Translations under genes and position numbers: made by a program | NCBI GenBank assembly: GCA_036524005.1 | Contig: DATDDB010000094.1 | Span: forward strand, 2,124 to 66,123 | Origin: Gallionellaceae bacterium | GTDB taxonomy: Bacteria; Pseudomonadota; Gammaproteobacteria; Burkholderiales; Gallionellaceae | Direction of reading: 5' to 3' | DNA: 64,000 nucleotides | In this document: piece after piece, positions 9,812 through 22,764 of the stretch | How the letters are laid out: each line of letters begins with the position of its first letter | Position numbering within the stretch: position 1 is the stretch's first letter | The notes under the pieces: model-generated | What the model saw: the letters and a program-made list of their open reading frames with translations, nothing else | What the model was told of the DNA's origin: nothing | The model's database searches: none

Positions 9812-11081
9812 ATTTGCGGTTAATCGCGCGCCAGCCGATGTCATGCCTCATCTGGCTGCCCTCGAAATGGATGCCCTCGGCCACTTCATAGGCGCGCTTC
9901 TGCGCCATCTTCAGCATGGTGCCCAGGGCCGTGACGCACAGCACGCGCCCGCCGCTGGTGACCACCTTGCCGTCCTGCATGGCGGTGCCCGCATGGAACA
10001 CGTGCGCATCTTCCATGCCCTTGGGCAGCCCCGTGATTTCATCGCCCTTGCGCGGCGCATCGGGATAATTCGCCGCCGCCATCACCACGCCCAGCGCGGT
10101 CTGCTTGTCCCATTCCGCCTCGACCTTGTCCAGCGTGCCATTGATGGCATGCTCGACGATCACCGCGAAATCGCTCTTCAGGCGCATCATGATGGGCTGG
10201 GTCTCGGGGTCGCCCATGCGGCAGTTGAACTCCAGCACCTTGATGGAGCCGTCCGGCGAAATCATCAGCCCGGCATAGAGGAAGCCGGTGTAGGTGACGC
10301 CCTCGCTTTCCATGCCGCGCACCACCGGCTGGATGACTTCGCGCATCACGCGCGCGTGTATGGTCGGGGTCACCACCGGGGCGGGCGAATAGGCGCCCAT
10401 GCCGCCGGTGTTGGGGCCGTTGTCGCCGTCCAGCAGGCGCTTGTGGTCCTGGCTGGTGGCCATGGGCAGCACGTGCTTGCCGTCCACCATCACGATGAAG
10501 CTGGCTTCCTCGCCAGCGAGGAATTCCTCGATCACCACGCGCGCGCCGGCATCACCCAATTTATTATCGGACAGCATCATGTCGATGGCGTCGAATGCCT
10601 CCTGCTTGCTCATCGCCACTACCACGCCCTTGCCCGCCGCCAGGCCATCGGCCTTGATCACGATGGGCGCGCCGTGCTTCTCGATATAGGCTTTTGCCTG
10701 CGCGATGTCGCTGAAGGTCTCGAAGAACGCGGTGGGAATGTGGTGCCGCGTCATGAAGCGCTTGGCGAAATCCTTGGACGATTCCAGCTGCGCCGCGGCC
10801 TTGGCGGGACCGAAGATTTTCAGCTTCTCGGCGCGGAAGGCGTCCACTATGCCCGCCGCCAGCGGCGCTTCGGGACCTACCACGGTCATGTAGATGTCCT
10901 CGCGCCTGACGAACTCGATCAGCTCGGGGATGGCGGTGATGGCGACATTCTCCACCCCCTCCTCCAGCGCTGTACCCGCATTGCCGGGTGCAACATAGAC
11001 TTTTTGCACCTTGCGCCCCTGCGCCAGGCGCCAGGCCAGCGCGTGCTCGCGCCCGCCGGAACCGACAACCAGAATTTTCAT
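9810..11081 (-). CDS. purD: Phosphoribosylamine-glycine ligase
   Basis: 423 aa, MKILVVGSGGREHALAWRL..., ATP-grasp PurD architecture. Confidence 0.95.
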   Translation of the reverse strand: MKILVVGSGGREHALAWRLAQGRKVQKVYVAPGNAGTALEEGVENVAITAIPELIEFVRREDIYMTVVGPEAPLAAGIVDAFRAEKLKIFGPAKAAAQLESSKDFAKRFMTRHHIPTAFFETFSDIAQAKAYIEKHGAPIVIKADGLAAGKGVVVAMSKQEAFDAIDMMLSDNKLGDAGARVVIEEFLAGEEASFIVMVDGKHVLPMATSQDHKRLLDGDNGPNTGGMGAYSPAPVVTPTIHARVMREVIQPVVRGMESEGVTYTGFLYAGLMISPDGSIKVLEFNCRMGDPETQPIMMRLKSDFAVIVEHAINGTLDKVEAEWDKQTALGVVMAAANYPDAPRKGDEITGLPKGMEDAHVFHAGTAMQDGKVVTSGGRVLCVTALGTMLKMAQKRAYEVAEGIHFEGSQMRHDIGWRAINRK

Positions 11082-11114
11082 AGTTTGATAAACCTTTCCA
11101 ACAACGAAGCGCGG

Positions 11115-11237
11115 TTAGGCCGTCACGAGCGACGGCAGAACGCGGCGCGAAAGGGCAAGCAAGCGGAGTTTACTGGGCAGTAAATGAGCATTGCGAGCCC
11201 TTGAGCAACAAAGTTATGCCAAGCGCAGTAGGCCTAA
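11115..11237 (-). repeat. ~120-nt foldback/REP-like element overlapping the purH stop codon
   Basis: Outer arms ttaggcc/ggcctaa, mid stem aagggc/gccctt, and apical stem tttactg/cagtaaa. Related to the 9692-9811 element. Confidence 0.5.
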
Positions 11238-12799
11238 TGTCTGAAATGGCGATAGCCGGTAACCACCATCGCCAACCCATGCTCGTCCGCCGCGGCGATC
11301 ACTTCCGCGTCGCGCATGGAGCCGCCGGGCTGGATGACCGCCTTGGCACCGGCGGGCGCGAGCGTGTCGATGTTGTCGCGGAACGGGAAGAAGGCGTCCG
11401 AGGCGACCACCGATCCGGCGAGGCTCAAGCCCGCATTCTGCGCCTTCGTGCTGGCGATGCGCACGGAATCGACGCGGCTCATCTGGCCTGCGCCCACACC
11501 CAGGGTCTGGCCGTTCTTGCAGAACACGATGGCGTTGGACTTGACATATTTCGCCACGCGCCAGGCGAACAGGAGGTCCTTGAGCTGCTCCTGGGTCGGC
11601 TGCACCTTGGTGACCACTTTCAGGTCGGACGCCTGCACGTTGAGCGCGTCGGGCGTCTGCACCAGCAGGCCGCCGCCCACGCGCTTCACGTCATACTGGT
11701 TGTGCGCGCTGGAGAGCGGCACGGTGAGCACGCGCACGTTCTGCTTGGCGGCGGTGACTTTCAGCGCGGCCTCGCTCGCCGAGGGCGCAATGATCAGCTC
11801 GACGAACTGGTTGGCGGTGATCTGCGCGGCGGAGGCCTCATCCAGCTCGCGGTTGAAGGCGATGATGCCGCCGAACGCGGAGGTGGTGTCGGTGGCATAG
11901 GCCAGCTTGTAGGCGTTGAGCGGTGTATCGGCGATCGCAACGCCGCAGGGGTTGGCATGCTTGACGATCACGCAGGCCGGCTGCTCGAAGGTCTTGACCA
12001 GCTCCCAGGCGGCATCGGCGTCGCCGATGTTGTTGTAGGAAAGCTCCTTACCCTGCAGCTGGGTGTAATCGGCGATGCCGCCCGCCACCGGATTGAGGTC
12101 GCGGTAAAACGCGGCGCTCTGGTGCGGGTTTTCGCCGTAGCGCATGTCCTGCACCTTGGCGAAATTGAAATTGATCTGGGCGGGAAAGTCGCTCTTGCTG
12201 CCGTCCGCATTCACCGCGGTGAGGTAGTTGCTGATCATGCTGTCGTAGGCGGCGGTGTGCGAGAAGGCCTTTTTCGCCAAGTCGAAGCGGGTGGCATCGG
12301 ACACCGCCCCTTTATTGGTCTGCATTTCGGCCAGCACATCGGCATAGTCGGCCGGGTCGGTGACGATGGCGACATGCGCGTGGTTCTTGGCCGCTGCGCG
12401 CACCATGGTGGGGCCGCCGATGTCGATGTTCTCGATGGCGTCTTCCAGGGTGCAGCCGGGCTTGGCCACGGTCGCCGCGAATGGATACAGGTTCACCACC
12501 ACCAGGTCTATGGTCGGAATGTTGTGCTTTTTGAGCGTTTCGACGTGCGCGGGCAGGTCGCGCCGCGCCAGTATCCCGGCGTGCACCTTGGGCTGCAGCG
12601 TCTTAACGCGCCCGTCCAGCATTTCCGGGAAGCCGGTGTAGTCCGACACTTCCGTGACCGGAATGCCGTTGTCGGCGAACAGCTTGGCCGTGCCGCCGGT
12701 GGAGAGTATTTTTACGCCGAGCTGGTGCAGCCCCTGGGCGAATTCCAGTACGCCGGATTTGTCCGATACGCTGATCAGCGCTTGTTTGATAGCTGCCAT
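11234..12799 (-). CDS. purH: Bifunctional AICAR transformylase / IMP cyclohydrolase
   Basis: Homology begins at [16 protein letters not shown] (ATG at 12799). The 52 extra N-terminal codons of the track ORF overlap fis and are rejected. Confidence 0.93.
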   Translation of the reverse strand: MAAIKQALISVSDKSGVLEFAQGLHQLGVKILSTGGTAKLFADNGIPVTEVSDYTGFPEMLDGRVKTLQPKVHAGILARRDLPAHVETLKKHNIPTIDLVVVNLYPFAATVAKPGCTLEDAIENIDIGGPTMVRAAAKNHAHVAIVTDPADYADVLAEMQTNKGAVSDATRFDLAKKAFSHTAAYDSMISNYLTAVNADGSKSDFPAQINFNFAKVQDMRYGENPHQSAAFYRDLNPVAGGIADYTQLQGKELSYNNIGDADAAWELVKTFEQPACVIVKHANPCGVAIADTPLNAYKLAYATDTTSAFGGIIAFNRELDEASAAQITANQFVELIIAPSASEAALKVTAAKQNVRVLTVPLSSAHNQYDVKRVGGGLLVQTPDALNVQASDLKVVTKVQPTQEQLKDLLFAWRVAKYVKSNAIVFCKNGQTLGVGAGQMSRVDSVRIASTKAQNAGLSLAGSVVASDAFFPFRDNIDTLAPAGAKAVIQPGGSMRDAEVIAAADEHGLAMVVTGYRHFRH

Positions 12800-12822
12800 G
12801 CCTTCCTCGATTTGCGAAGTTT

Positions 12823-13086
12823 TCAGGATTTGATTTTGTGAATCTGGATTTTCTTGCGCAGCGTGTTGCGGTTCAGCCCCAGCAACTCCGCCGCGCGCGT
12901 CTGGTTGCCGCCCGCATGGTGCAGCACCGTCTCGATCAGCGGCTTTTCCACGCAATTGATCACCATGTCATACACCGCGCAGGAAGGCTCCTCCCCCTCC
13001 AGCGCGGTGAAATATTCGCCCACTGCCTTGCGCACATAGCGCGCCACATCATTTTCGTCCAGCACGCCACGCTCCCCTTTCCTCAT
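12823..13086 (-). CDS. fis: Fis-family DNA-binding protein
   Basis: 87 aa with the C-terminal [24 protein letters not shown]. Canonical dusB-fis pairing. Confidence 0.9.
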   Translation of the reverse strand: MRKGERGVLDENDVARYVRKAVGEYFTALEGEEPSCAVYDMVINCVEKPLIETVLHHAGGNQTRAAELLGLNRNTLRKKIQIHKIKS

Positions 13087-14093
13087 GCCGCTGCTTCCTC
13101 CATGGCCTCGCGCAGCTCCTCCCCGGCCTGCGCCTGCCCGTCAAAAAATTCCCTTACAGCCTGTAATTGTTCAGCAATGCTTTCCAGCTGGTTCATGCGG
13201 TGGCGGAAGTTCGCCGATCCCGCCAGCCCCTTGGTGTACCAGGAGATGTGCTTGCGCGCCACGCGCAGCCCGGTAAATTCGCCATAGAACCCATAAAGTT
13301 CGTGCATGTGCCCGAGCAGCACGTCGCGGATTTCTTCCGCCCGCGGCCGCGGCAGGTGCGCGCCGGTCTCGATGTAGTGCGCGATTTCGCGGAACAGCCA
13401 GGGGCGTCCCTGCGCCGCACGGCCTATCATCACGGCATCCGCGCCGGTATGCTGCAGCACGAATTGGGCCTTTTCCGGGGTGGTGATGTCGCCGTTGGCG
13501 ATGACGGGTATCTTCACTTCGGCCTTCACCGCACGGATGGTGTCGTATTCGGCATCGCCGGTGTAGCCACAGGCGCGGGTGCGCCCGTGGATGGCGAGCG
13601 CCTGGATGCCGCTGTCCTCGGCAATGCGCGCGATGCGCGCCGCATTGCGGTGGGATTTGTCCCAGCCGGTGCGCGTCTTGAGCGTAACCGGCACGTCCAC
13701 CGCGCCGACCACGGCCTCGAGTATTTCGCCGACCAGCTTTTCGTCCTGCATCAGCGCCGAGCCAGCCATCACGTTGCAGATCTTCTTGGCGGGGCAGCCC
13801 ATGTTGATGTCGATGATCTGCGCGCCGTTGTCCACGTTGTAGCGCGCGGCCTGGGCCAGCATGTTAGGGTCGGCGCCGACGATCTGCACCGAGATCGGAT
13901 CCACCTCGCCCTCATGGTTGGCGCGGCGTTTGGTTTTTTCGGAGCCGTACAGCAGGGAGTTGGAGGCCACCATTTCGCTCACCGCCATGCCCGCGCCCAT
14001 GCGCTTGCACAGCATGCGGAACGGCCTGTCGGTCACGCCCGCCATGGGAGCGACGATCAGGTTGTTCTTGAGCTGGTATTTGCCGATTCTCAT
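13083..14093 (-). CDS. dusB: tRNA-dihydrouridine synthase B
   Basis: 336 aa, APMAGVTDRPFR motif, and a 4-nt overlap with fis. Confidence 0.93.
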   Translation of the reverse strand: MRIGKYQLKNNLIVAPMAGVTDRPFRMLCKRMGAGMAVSEMVASNSLLYGSEKTKRRANHEGEVDPISVQIVGADPNMLAQAARYNVDNGAQIIDINMGCPAKKICNVMAGSALMQDEKLVGEILEAVVGAVDVPVTLKTRTGWDKSHRNAARIARIAEDSGIQALAIHGRTRACGYTGDAEYDTIRAVKAEVKIPVIANGDITTPEKAQFVLQHTGADAVMIGRAAQGRPWLFREIAHYIETGAHLPRPRAEEIRDVLLGHMHELYGFYGEFTGLRVARKHISWYTKGLAGSANFRHRMNQLESIAEQLQAVREFFDGQAQAGEELREAMEEAAA

Positions 14094-14179
14094 GTTACTT
14101 TCCGGAAGGGGCGCTGATTATAAATTAATCAGCCTGTCCCGTGCTATCATTAAAATTCTGCAAAACATCTATTTTTGAG

Positions 14180-15340
14180 ATGGCTTACGATGTCCTGATC
14201 ATAGGCGGGGGGTTAGTGGGCGCTAGCTTGGCGGCAGCCCTCAAGCCCAGCGGGCTTTCGGTTGCGCTGGTGGAATCCCAGCCCAATTCCCTGAACCACC
14301 AGGGCTGGGACAGCCGCATCTACGCCATCAGCCCCGGCAGCGCCGCCTTTCTCGCGCAAAGCGGAGCCTGGCAGCGGCTGGACATGAAACGCGTGCAGAA
14401 AGTGGAGCAAATGCGCGTATTCGGCGACGACCTGGGCGCGGAGCTGGATTTTTCCGCCTACCAGCTGGGCGCGCCGGAGCTGGCTTTCATCCTGGAAGGC
14501 CGCTTGCTGCAGCAGGCGCTGTGGCAGGGGCTGGAACAGCAGGACAACCTCACCTTGTTTCACCCCGCGCGCTGCTCCGGCCTCACCCTGCATGAAGACT
14601 CCGCCATCCTGAAACTGGAGGATGGCCGCGAAATCCAGGCCAGGCTTGCCGTGGGCGCAGACGGGCGCGATTCCTGGGTGCGCCAGCAGGCGGGCATCAT
14701 CGAGCCGCCCACGCTCTACCAGCAGCATGGCGTGGTGGCGAATTTCAGCGCCGAAAAACCGCATCGCGGCACGGCGTTCCAGTGGTTCCAGCCGGACGGC
14801 ATACTCGCCCTGCTGCCGCTCCCCAACAACATGGTGTCCATGGTGTGGTCGGTCAGCCCGGAAAAATCCGCCACCCTGCTTGATCTGGCGCACGAGGAAC
14901 TCTGTGCGCAGGTCGCCGCCGCAGCGCAGCATACCCTGGGAAACCTGGAGCTGGTCACGCCGCCCGCCGCCTTCCCCTTGCGCCTGCTGCACCTGCCGCA
15001 CATCGCCATGCCGCGCCTGGCGCTGGTGGGCGATGCCGCGCACAATGTGCACCCGCTCGCAGGACAAGGGGTCAATCTCGGCTTCCGCGACGCGCGCCAG
15101 CTGGCGCAGGTGCTGCTGGCCCGCGGGCCGCAGCAGGATTGCGGCGAGATTCACCTGCTGCGCCGCTATGAGCGCGCGCGCCAGGAAGACATCGTGTCCA
15201 TGCAACTCACCACGGATATGCTGAAAAAGCTGTTCAACAACGACAACCCCCTCTTGCGCTCCCTGCGCAATCTGGGATTAAATGCCACCAACCGCCTCGC
15301 GCCGCTGAAAAAAATGCTGGCGCGGCATGCCCTCCACTAA
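14180..15340 (+). CDS. UbiH/UbiF/VisC/COQ6-family FAD-dependent ubiquinone-biosynthesis hydroxylase
   Basis: Rossmann motif DVLIIGGGLVGASLA immediately after the ATG at 14180, and GDAAHNVHPLAGQGVNLG. The track GTG start at 14141 is rejected. Confidence 0.88.
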   Translation: MAYDVLIIGGGLVGASLAAALKPSGLSVALVESQPNSLNHQGWDSRIYAISPGSAAFLAQSGAWQRLDMKRVQKVEQMRVFGDDLGAELDFSAYQLGAPELAFILEGRLLQQALWQGLEQQDNLTLFHPARCSGLTLHEDSAILKLEDGREIQARLAVGADGRDSWVRQQAGIIEPPTLYQQHGVVANFSAEKPHRGTAFQWFQPDGILALLPLPNNMVSMVWSVSPEKSATLLDLAHEELCAQVAAAAQHTLGNLELVTPPAAFPLRLLHLPHIAMPRLALVGDAAHNVHPLAGQGVNLGFRDARQLAQVLLARGPQQDCGEIHLLRRYERARQEDIVSMQLTTDMLKKLFNNDNPLLRSLRNLGLNATNRLAPLKKMLARHALH

Positions 15341-15359
15341 CTCAATATCCCGTAATCCC

Positions 15360-16073
15360 ATGCTTAAATATCTATTGCCCCTGCTGCTCGCCGTCTCCTG
15401 CGCCGCCTATGCCGATGAGGCTGCCGTCCGCGAACGCCTGCAGAAGAACCATCCGCAACTCGGCCAGGTCAACCAGGTAAACAAGTCGCCCATCGCCGGC
15501 CTGTATGAAGTGGTCACGCCGAACCAATTGTTCTATACCGACGAGGAAGGCAACTACCTGATCAATGGCGCGATCTGGGATTTGCGCACCATGCGCAACA
15601 TCACCGAAGAACGCGAGCGCAAGATTTTCGCCGTCGATTACAAGAAGCTGCCCTTTGATATTGCGTTCAAGGAAGTGAAGGGCAATGGCAAGCGCCAGAT
15701 GGTGATCTTCACCGACCCCAATTGCGGCTATTGCAAGAAGCTGGAGGGCGAACTGCAGGGCATCAGCAACGTGACGATCTACCGCCTGATGTACCCGATT
15801 TTCGAGGGCTCGGACGTGAAGGTGCGCAACGTGTGGTGTAGCAAGGACCGGACCAAGACCTGGACCGACATGCTGCTCAACGGCGTCATCGCCCCCGCCG
15901 CCACCGACCCCAAGTGCACTTACCCAATCGCCAAGGCCATGGATTCGGGCCAGAATCTGCATATCAACGGCACCCCGGCCATGATCTTCTCCGACGGCAC
16001 GCTGGTTCCCGGCGCGCTTCCCGCCAACGAAATCGAAAAGCTGCTGAACGAAGCCGCCACCCCGCAGAAATAG
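15360..16073 (+). CDS. dsbC: Thiol:disulfide interchange protein DsbC/DsbG family
   Basis: Signal peptide MLKYLLPLLLAVSCAAYA and thioredoxin-fold CGYC active site. Confidence 0.85.
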   Translation: MLKYLLPLLLAVSCAAYADEAAVRERLQKNHPQLGQVNQVNKSPIAGLYEVVTPNQLFYTDEEGNYLINGAIWDLRTMRNITEERERKIFAVDYKKLPFDIAFKEVKGNGKRQMVIFTDPNCGYCKKLEGELQGISNVTIYRLMYPIFEGSDVKVRNVWCSKDRTKTWTDMLLNGVIAPAATDPKCTYPIAKAMDSGQNLHINGTPAMIFSDGTLVPGALPANEIEKLLNEAATPQK

Positions 16074-16079
16074 GCGGTC

Positions 16080-16111
16080 GCGGCAGGCTTTGCTAGCCTG
16101 CCGCCTTTCTT
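16080..16111 (+). terminator. Intrinsic terminator after dsbC
   Basis: Stem gcggcaggct/agcctgccgc (10 bp, 5-nt loop) followed by ctttctt. Confidence 0.65.
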
Positions 16112-16207
16112 GACACCCCCGCCCGCCTCATTGATACTTCTCTTATCTATTTAATCAGGTAACCACCGGTTGGCCCTGCGGGCTTAGCCGGTTGTTTCAC
16201 GCACATT

Positions 16208-17494
16208 TTGGATCAATTATCGTTAGGCGCACTGTTCGCCATCTTGCTCGTATCGCTGGTCCTCTCCGGGTTTTTCTCGGCATCGGAAACCAGCATGATG
16301 GCGCTGAACCGCTACCGCCTGAACCACCTGGTGCGCAAGGGCAACAAGAGCGCAAAGCTCACCGCCAAGCTGCTGGCGCACACCGACCGGCTGCTGGGTT
16401 CCATCCTGTTCGGCAACACCCTGCTCAACGTGGCATCCGCGACACTGGCCGAAATCATCGTGCTGCGCATGTTTGGCCACGACAACAGCACCGCCCTGCT
16501 GCTCGGCACGCTGACGATCACTTTTGCTTTGCTGGTTTTCAGCGAAATCATGCCCAAGGTGATCGCTTCCAGCCAGCCGGAACGCGTTGCCCTGTTCTCC
16601 AGCTATCCGCTGGCCGTGCTGATTCGCCTGTTTTTCCCGGTGGTGGCCATCGCCACTACGATCGTGCAGTACGTGCTGTGGCTGTTCCGCATCCAGGTGC
16701 AGACCGACCAAAGCAAGCAAAAGATGAACCTGGAAGAGTTGCGCATGCTGGTGCTGGAATCGGAACAATTCCTGCCGCACAAGCATCAGGGCATGCTGCT
16801 CAACCTGGTGGACATCGGGCGCATCGCCGTGAACGACGTGATGGTGCCGCGCAACCAGATCGAGGCGATCGACCTGGAATCGGAACCCGAGGTGGTGCGC
16901 GAACAGATCGCCACCGCCCACCACACCCTGCTTCCGGTCTATCAGGGTTCGCTCGACCACATCGTCGGCATCCTGCATGTGCGCCGCGCCTTGTCGCTGA
17001 TGCAGGAGGATACTTTCCAGGTTGAGGAGCTGCGCAAGCTGCTGCACGACCCCTATTTCATTCCCTCCGACACTGCGCTGCTTTCCCAGCTGCAGCACTT
17101 CCAGGAACGCCACTTCCGGCTCGGCCTGGTGGTGGACGAATATGGCGAGCTGCTGGGGCTGGTGACGCTTGAGAACATTCTGGAGGAAATCGTCGGCGAT
17201 TTCACCACCCAGTCGCCTTCACAGACCGGCAAATTCCTGCGCCAGCCGGACGGCAGCGTGCTGGTGGAAGGCAGCACGCCGCTGCGCGACCTGAATCGCA
17301 AGCTGGGCATGCGCCTGCCGCTGGATGGCGCAAAGACCCTGAACGGCCTGATACTCGAACAGCTGCAGGACATGCCCGAGGCCGGCGTCAGCCTGAAGGT
17401 CGCCGACTACCCGGTCGAAATCGTGCAAACGCATGGACGCGTGGTGAAAGTCGCCAAAATCTTCCCGGCCGTGCGCGCCAAGCATCCGCAGTAA
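16208..17494 (+). CDS. HlyC/CorC (CNNM) family transporter: DUF21, CBS pair and CorC_HlyC domains
   Basis: 428 aa with a TTG start. Four N-terminal TM helices, CBS-pair region, and a C-terminal CorC/HlyC transporter-associated domain. Confidence 0.85.
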   Translation: MDQLSLGALFAILLVSLVLSGFFSASETSMMALNRYRLNHLVRKGNKSAKLTAKLLAHTDRLLGSILFGNTLLNVASATLAEIIVLRMFGHDNSTALLLGTLTITFALLVFSEIMPKVIASSQPERVALFSSYPLAVLIRLFFPVVAIATTIVQYVLWLFRIQVQTDQSKQKMNLEELRMLVLESEQFLPHKHQGMLLNLVDIGRIAVNDVMVPRNQIEAIDLESEPEVVREQIATAHHTLLPVYQGSLDHIVGILHVRRALSLMQEDTFQVEELRKLLHDPYFIPSDTALLSQLQHFQERHFRLGLVVDEYGELLGLVTLENILEEIVGDFTTQSPSQTGKFLRQPDGSVLVEGSTPLRDLNRKLGMRLPLDGAKTLNGLILEQLQDMPEAGVSLKVADYPVEIVQTHGRVVKVAKIFPAVRAKHPQ

Positions 17495-17626
17495 CCTCCC
17501 CATCCAGCCCGTTTGCCCCGGTAATACCAGCCTGAAGCACGCAATTTTGCCGGTTGTCATGCCCTGCCCGGTATAGTATAAATATCCGGGGCTGGTCGCA
17601 GCGTCCACAACACATCAGGGGGCATC

Positions 17627-18088
17627 ATGTATCTTTTTGGAAAACGCTTTAACGCCAATGTAATGCGCTTGTTCATTCTTGTGCTGCTGCTCAACCTGGC
17701 AGCTTGCGGCACCATCATGCACCCTGAGCGCAAGGGTCAGGCCCCGGGTAATCTTGACGTGGGCGTTGTCATTCTCGACGGTATCGGGTTGCTGTTCTTC
17801 ATCATCCCGGGCGTGATTGCCTATGCCGTGGACTTCAGCAATAACACCATCTACCTGCCGCACGGCCGTCATTCGTCGCGCCTGGACTCATCGCACCAGT
17901 ACATACAAATCCACATTGACGGGAAAATGGACCAGGCCGCCATCGAGAATGCGATTCGTGCCGAAACCGGGATGGCTGTGGATCTTCGCCAATCCGGTGT
18001 GGAAGCGGTTAAGCTGGACTCCGCATCCGAGCTCGATGCCCGCTTCGCCGCGTTCGAAGCCGGCCAGCGTATAGCGCTGGCGCAGTAA
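17627..18088 (+). CDS. Hypothetical lipoprotein / membrane protein
   Basis: 153 aa with an AGGGGG Shine-Dalgarno sequence. Lipobox LNLAAC, followed by a hydrophobic helix GIGLLFFIIPGVIAYAV. Confidence 0.6.
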   Translation: MYLFGKRFNANVMRLFILVLLLNLAACGTIMHPERKGQAPGNLDVGVVILDGIGLLFFIIPGVIAYAVDFSNNTIYLPHGRHSSRLDSSHQYIQIHIDGKMDQAAIENAIRAETGMAVDLRQSGVEAVKLDSASELDARFAAFEAGQRIALAQ

Positions 18089-18100
18089 TGCGCTTCATTT

Positions 18101-18139
18101 TGCAGGGCGGACCATGGCCTTAGCCATCACCGCCCTGCA
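18101..18139. terminator. Hairpin between convergent genes (candidate bidirectional terminator)
   Basis: 10-bp stem tgcagggcgg/ccgccctgca with an inner 5-bp stem atggc/gccat. Flanking T tracts are weak. Confidence 0.45.
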
Positions 18140-18174
18140 GGCTTTGAAACTCACGCTCTGGAAGGATACGCCGC

Positions 18175-19392
18175 TCAGCTGCGATAGCTGGCGTTGATTT
18201 TCACGTAATCGTAGGAAAAGTCGCAGGTCCAGACCGTGGCGCTTGCATTGCCACGCCCCAGCACCACGCGCACGGTAATGTCCTCCTGCTGCATCACGCG
18301 CTGCCCCTCTTCCTCGCGGTAGCTGGCGGCGCGCCCGCCGTTTTCCGCAACCAGCACGTTGTCCAGGTAGAGCTTGAGGCGCTGCACGTCGAGGTCAGGC
18401 ACACCGGCATAGCCGATGGCTGCGAGGATGCGTCCCAGGTTGGGGTCAGAGGCGAAGAAAGCGGTCTTGACCAGCGGCGAGTGCGCCACGGCATAGGCGA
18501 TCTGCTTGCATTCACCGGCATCTCGCCCGCCTTCCACCCTGATGGTCATGAACTTGGTCGCGCCTTCGCCGTCACGCACGATGGCCTGCGCCAGCAGGGT
18601 GGCCACTTCGGTGACGGCGGCCTGCATCTGCGCCAGGTTGGCTTCGCCGATGGACACGCCGCTTCGGCCTGTGGCAATCAGCATCAGCGCGTCGTTGGTG
18701 GAAGTGTCGCCATCCACCGTGATGCAGTTGAACGAGGCATCCGCGGCCTGCTTCACCATCTGCTGCAGCAAGGGCTGTGCAATCGCCGCATCGGTGGCGA
18801 TGTAGCCCAGCATGGTGGCCATGTTGGGATGGATCATGCCGGAACCCTTGGCGATGCCGGTGACGGTGACAGTCTTGCCGCCCAGGCTGACCCGGCGCGA
18901 CACGGCCTTGGCCACGATGTCCGTGGTCATGATGGCATGCGCCGCATCGAACCAATTGTCTGCCTTCAAGCCGGTGATGGCCTGCGGCAATCTGGCGATG
19001 ATTTTTTCCACCGGCAGCGGCTCCATGATGACGCCGGTGGAATACGGCAGCACCTGTTCGGGCGCGCAACCCAGCACCGTCGCCACTGCGGCGCAGGTGG
19101 CGCGCGCGGCAGCCATGCCCTGCTCCCCCGTGCCGGCATTGGCATTGCCGGTGTTCACCACCAGCGCGCGGATCGGACGGTTCGATGCGAGGTGCGCCTT
19201 GGCCAGCGTGACCGGTGCAGCGCAAAAGCGGTTCAGGGTGAAGACGCCGGCAACGGTGGCGCCTTCGTCCAGCTTGATGACCAGCACATCCTTGCGGTTG
19301 GCGCGCTTGATTCCTGCTTCTGCCGTGCCCAGTTCTACGCCCGGCACGGGCAGCAGCTCGCCCGCGACGGGCGCAGACAGCTTGACCGGCAT
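18175..19392 (-). CDS. argJ: Bifunctional glutamate N-acetyltransferase / amino-acid acetyltransferase
   Basis: 405 aa with the autoprocessing site region [15 protein letters not shown]. Confidence 0.94.
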   Translation of the reverse strand: MPVKLSAPVAGELLPVPGVELGTAEAGIKRANRKDVLVIKLDEGATVAGVFTLNRFCAAPVTLAKAHLASNRPIRALVVNTGNANAGTGEQGMAAARATCAAVATVLGCAPEQVLPYSTGVIMEPLPVEKIIARLPQAITGLKADNWFDAAHAIMTTDIVAKAVSRRVSLGGKTVTVTGIAKGSGMIHPNMATMLGYIATDAAIAQPLLQQMVKQAADASFNCITVDGDTSTNDALMLIATGRSGVSIGEANLAQMQAAVTEVATLLAQAIVRDGEGATKFMTIRVEGGRDAGECKQIAYAVAHSPLVKTAFFASDPNLGRILAAIGYAGVPDLDVQRLKLYLDNVLVAENGGRAASYREEEGQRVMQQEDITVRVVLGRGNASATVWTCDFSYDYVKINASYRS

Positions 19393-19394
19393 GC

Positions 19395-19904
19395 TCAGTA
19401 CCTGCCCTGGATGCGGTACAGGTAGTTGGCCATTTCCACCGATTGCATGTTCATGCGGCGCACGATGCCGTGCACATGGCGCACGATGCCGCGCATCACG
19501 TAGTAGACGATGGCGGGCTGCGAGTTGAGCAGGGCCTCGAAACGGGCGCGATCCAGCAGCAGCAGCTTGCTGTCGGCCTTGGCCACCACATTGGCGCTGA
19601 CTTGCGCCACATTGCCCCCGACAAAGCCGATGATGCCCGCCAGGTCGCCCTGCTTGAGCAGGTGCAGAGTGGCTTTTTCGCCGCCGGTCGTGGCCACGGC
19701 TTCCACTTCACCGCTGCCCAGGATCAGCAGGGTGTCGCGCAATTCGTTCTGGTTGCTGTCGCCCCCCTGCTGCACGATGGTCTCGCCCGCCTTGTACTCG
19801 CGCACCGTGATGATGCGCGCCAATGCCTCGATCTCGGCATCGCGCAATTCTTCCGCCAGGGTGGAATTGTGCAGGGTCTGCAAAATCAGGTCGTCGGTGG
19901 TCAT
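19395..19904 (-). CDS. Stand-alone cyclic-nucleotide-binding domain protein
   Basis: 169 aa from the ATG at 19904 (MTTDDLILQ...). cNMP-binding beta-barrel pattern ([12 protein letters not shown]..., GDLAGIIGF) with no HTH or other output domain. The track ORF extension into secA is rejected. Confidence 0.7.
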   Translation of the reverse strand: MTTDDLILQTLHNSTLAEELRDAEIEALARIITVREYKAGETIVQQGGDSNQNELRDTLLILGSGEVEAVATTGGEKATLHLLKQGDLAGIIGFVGGNVAQVSANVVAKADSKLLLLDRARFEALLNSQPAIVYYVMRGIVRHVHGIVRRMNMQSVEMANYLYRIQGRY

Positions 19905-19947
19905 GTTGTTCTCCCGGAAAATAATAGCTGTCTCAAGCCCCAGGGCA

Positions 19948-22683
<2,736 letters not shown>

Positions 22684-22711
22684 TGCGTTTATCGAGTCTG
22701 GATGGGGGTTC

Positions 22712-22746
22712 TAAAAAAACAAAAGGGTGAGTTGGCACTCACCCTT
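22712..22746 (-). terminator. Rho-independent terminator after the M23 peptidase gene
   Basis: On the minus strand, a 10-bp stem aagggtgagt/actcaccctt with a 4-nt loop, followed by ttttgttttttt. Confidence 0.8.
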
Positions 22747-22764
22747 GTGCAAGGCGTACATTCA

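Noticed and set aside
11234-12955. N-terminally extended ORF-track versions of purH, and likewise of murC (to 31984), murF (to 38040), the gldG-like gene (to 61660), rsmH (to 42493) and mraZ (to 42894)
   Set aside because: The extensions overlap upstream genes or regulatory sites and consist of Arg/Ala/Gly-rich sequence. Family homology begins at internal start codons that form classic 4-nt overlaps or have Shine-Dalgarno sequences.
16112-16207. corC leader with direct repeat ccggttg (twice, 21 nt apart) and a small gccc/gggc hairpin, considered as a possible Mg2+-responsive leader
   Set aside because: I could recognise no resemblance to a known riboswitch, and the structures are weak.
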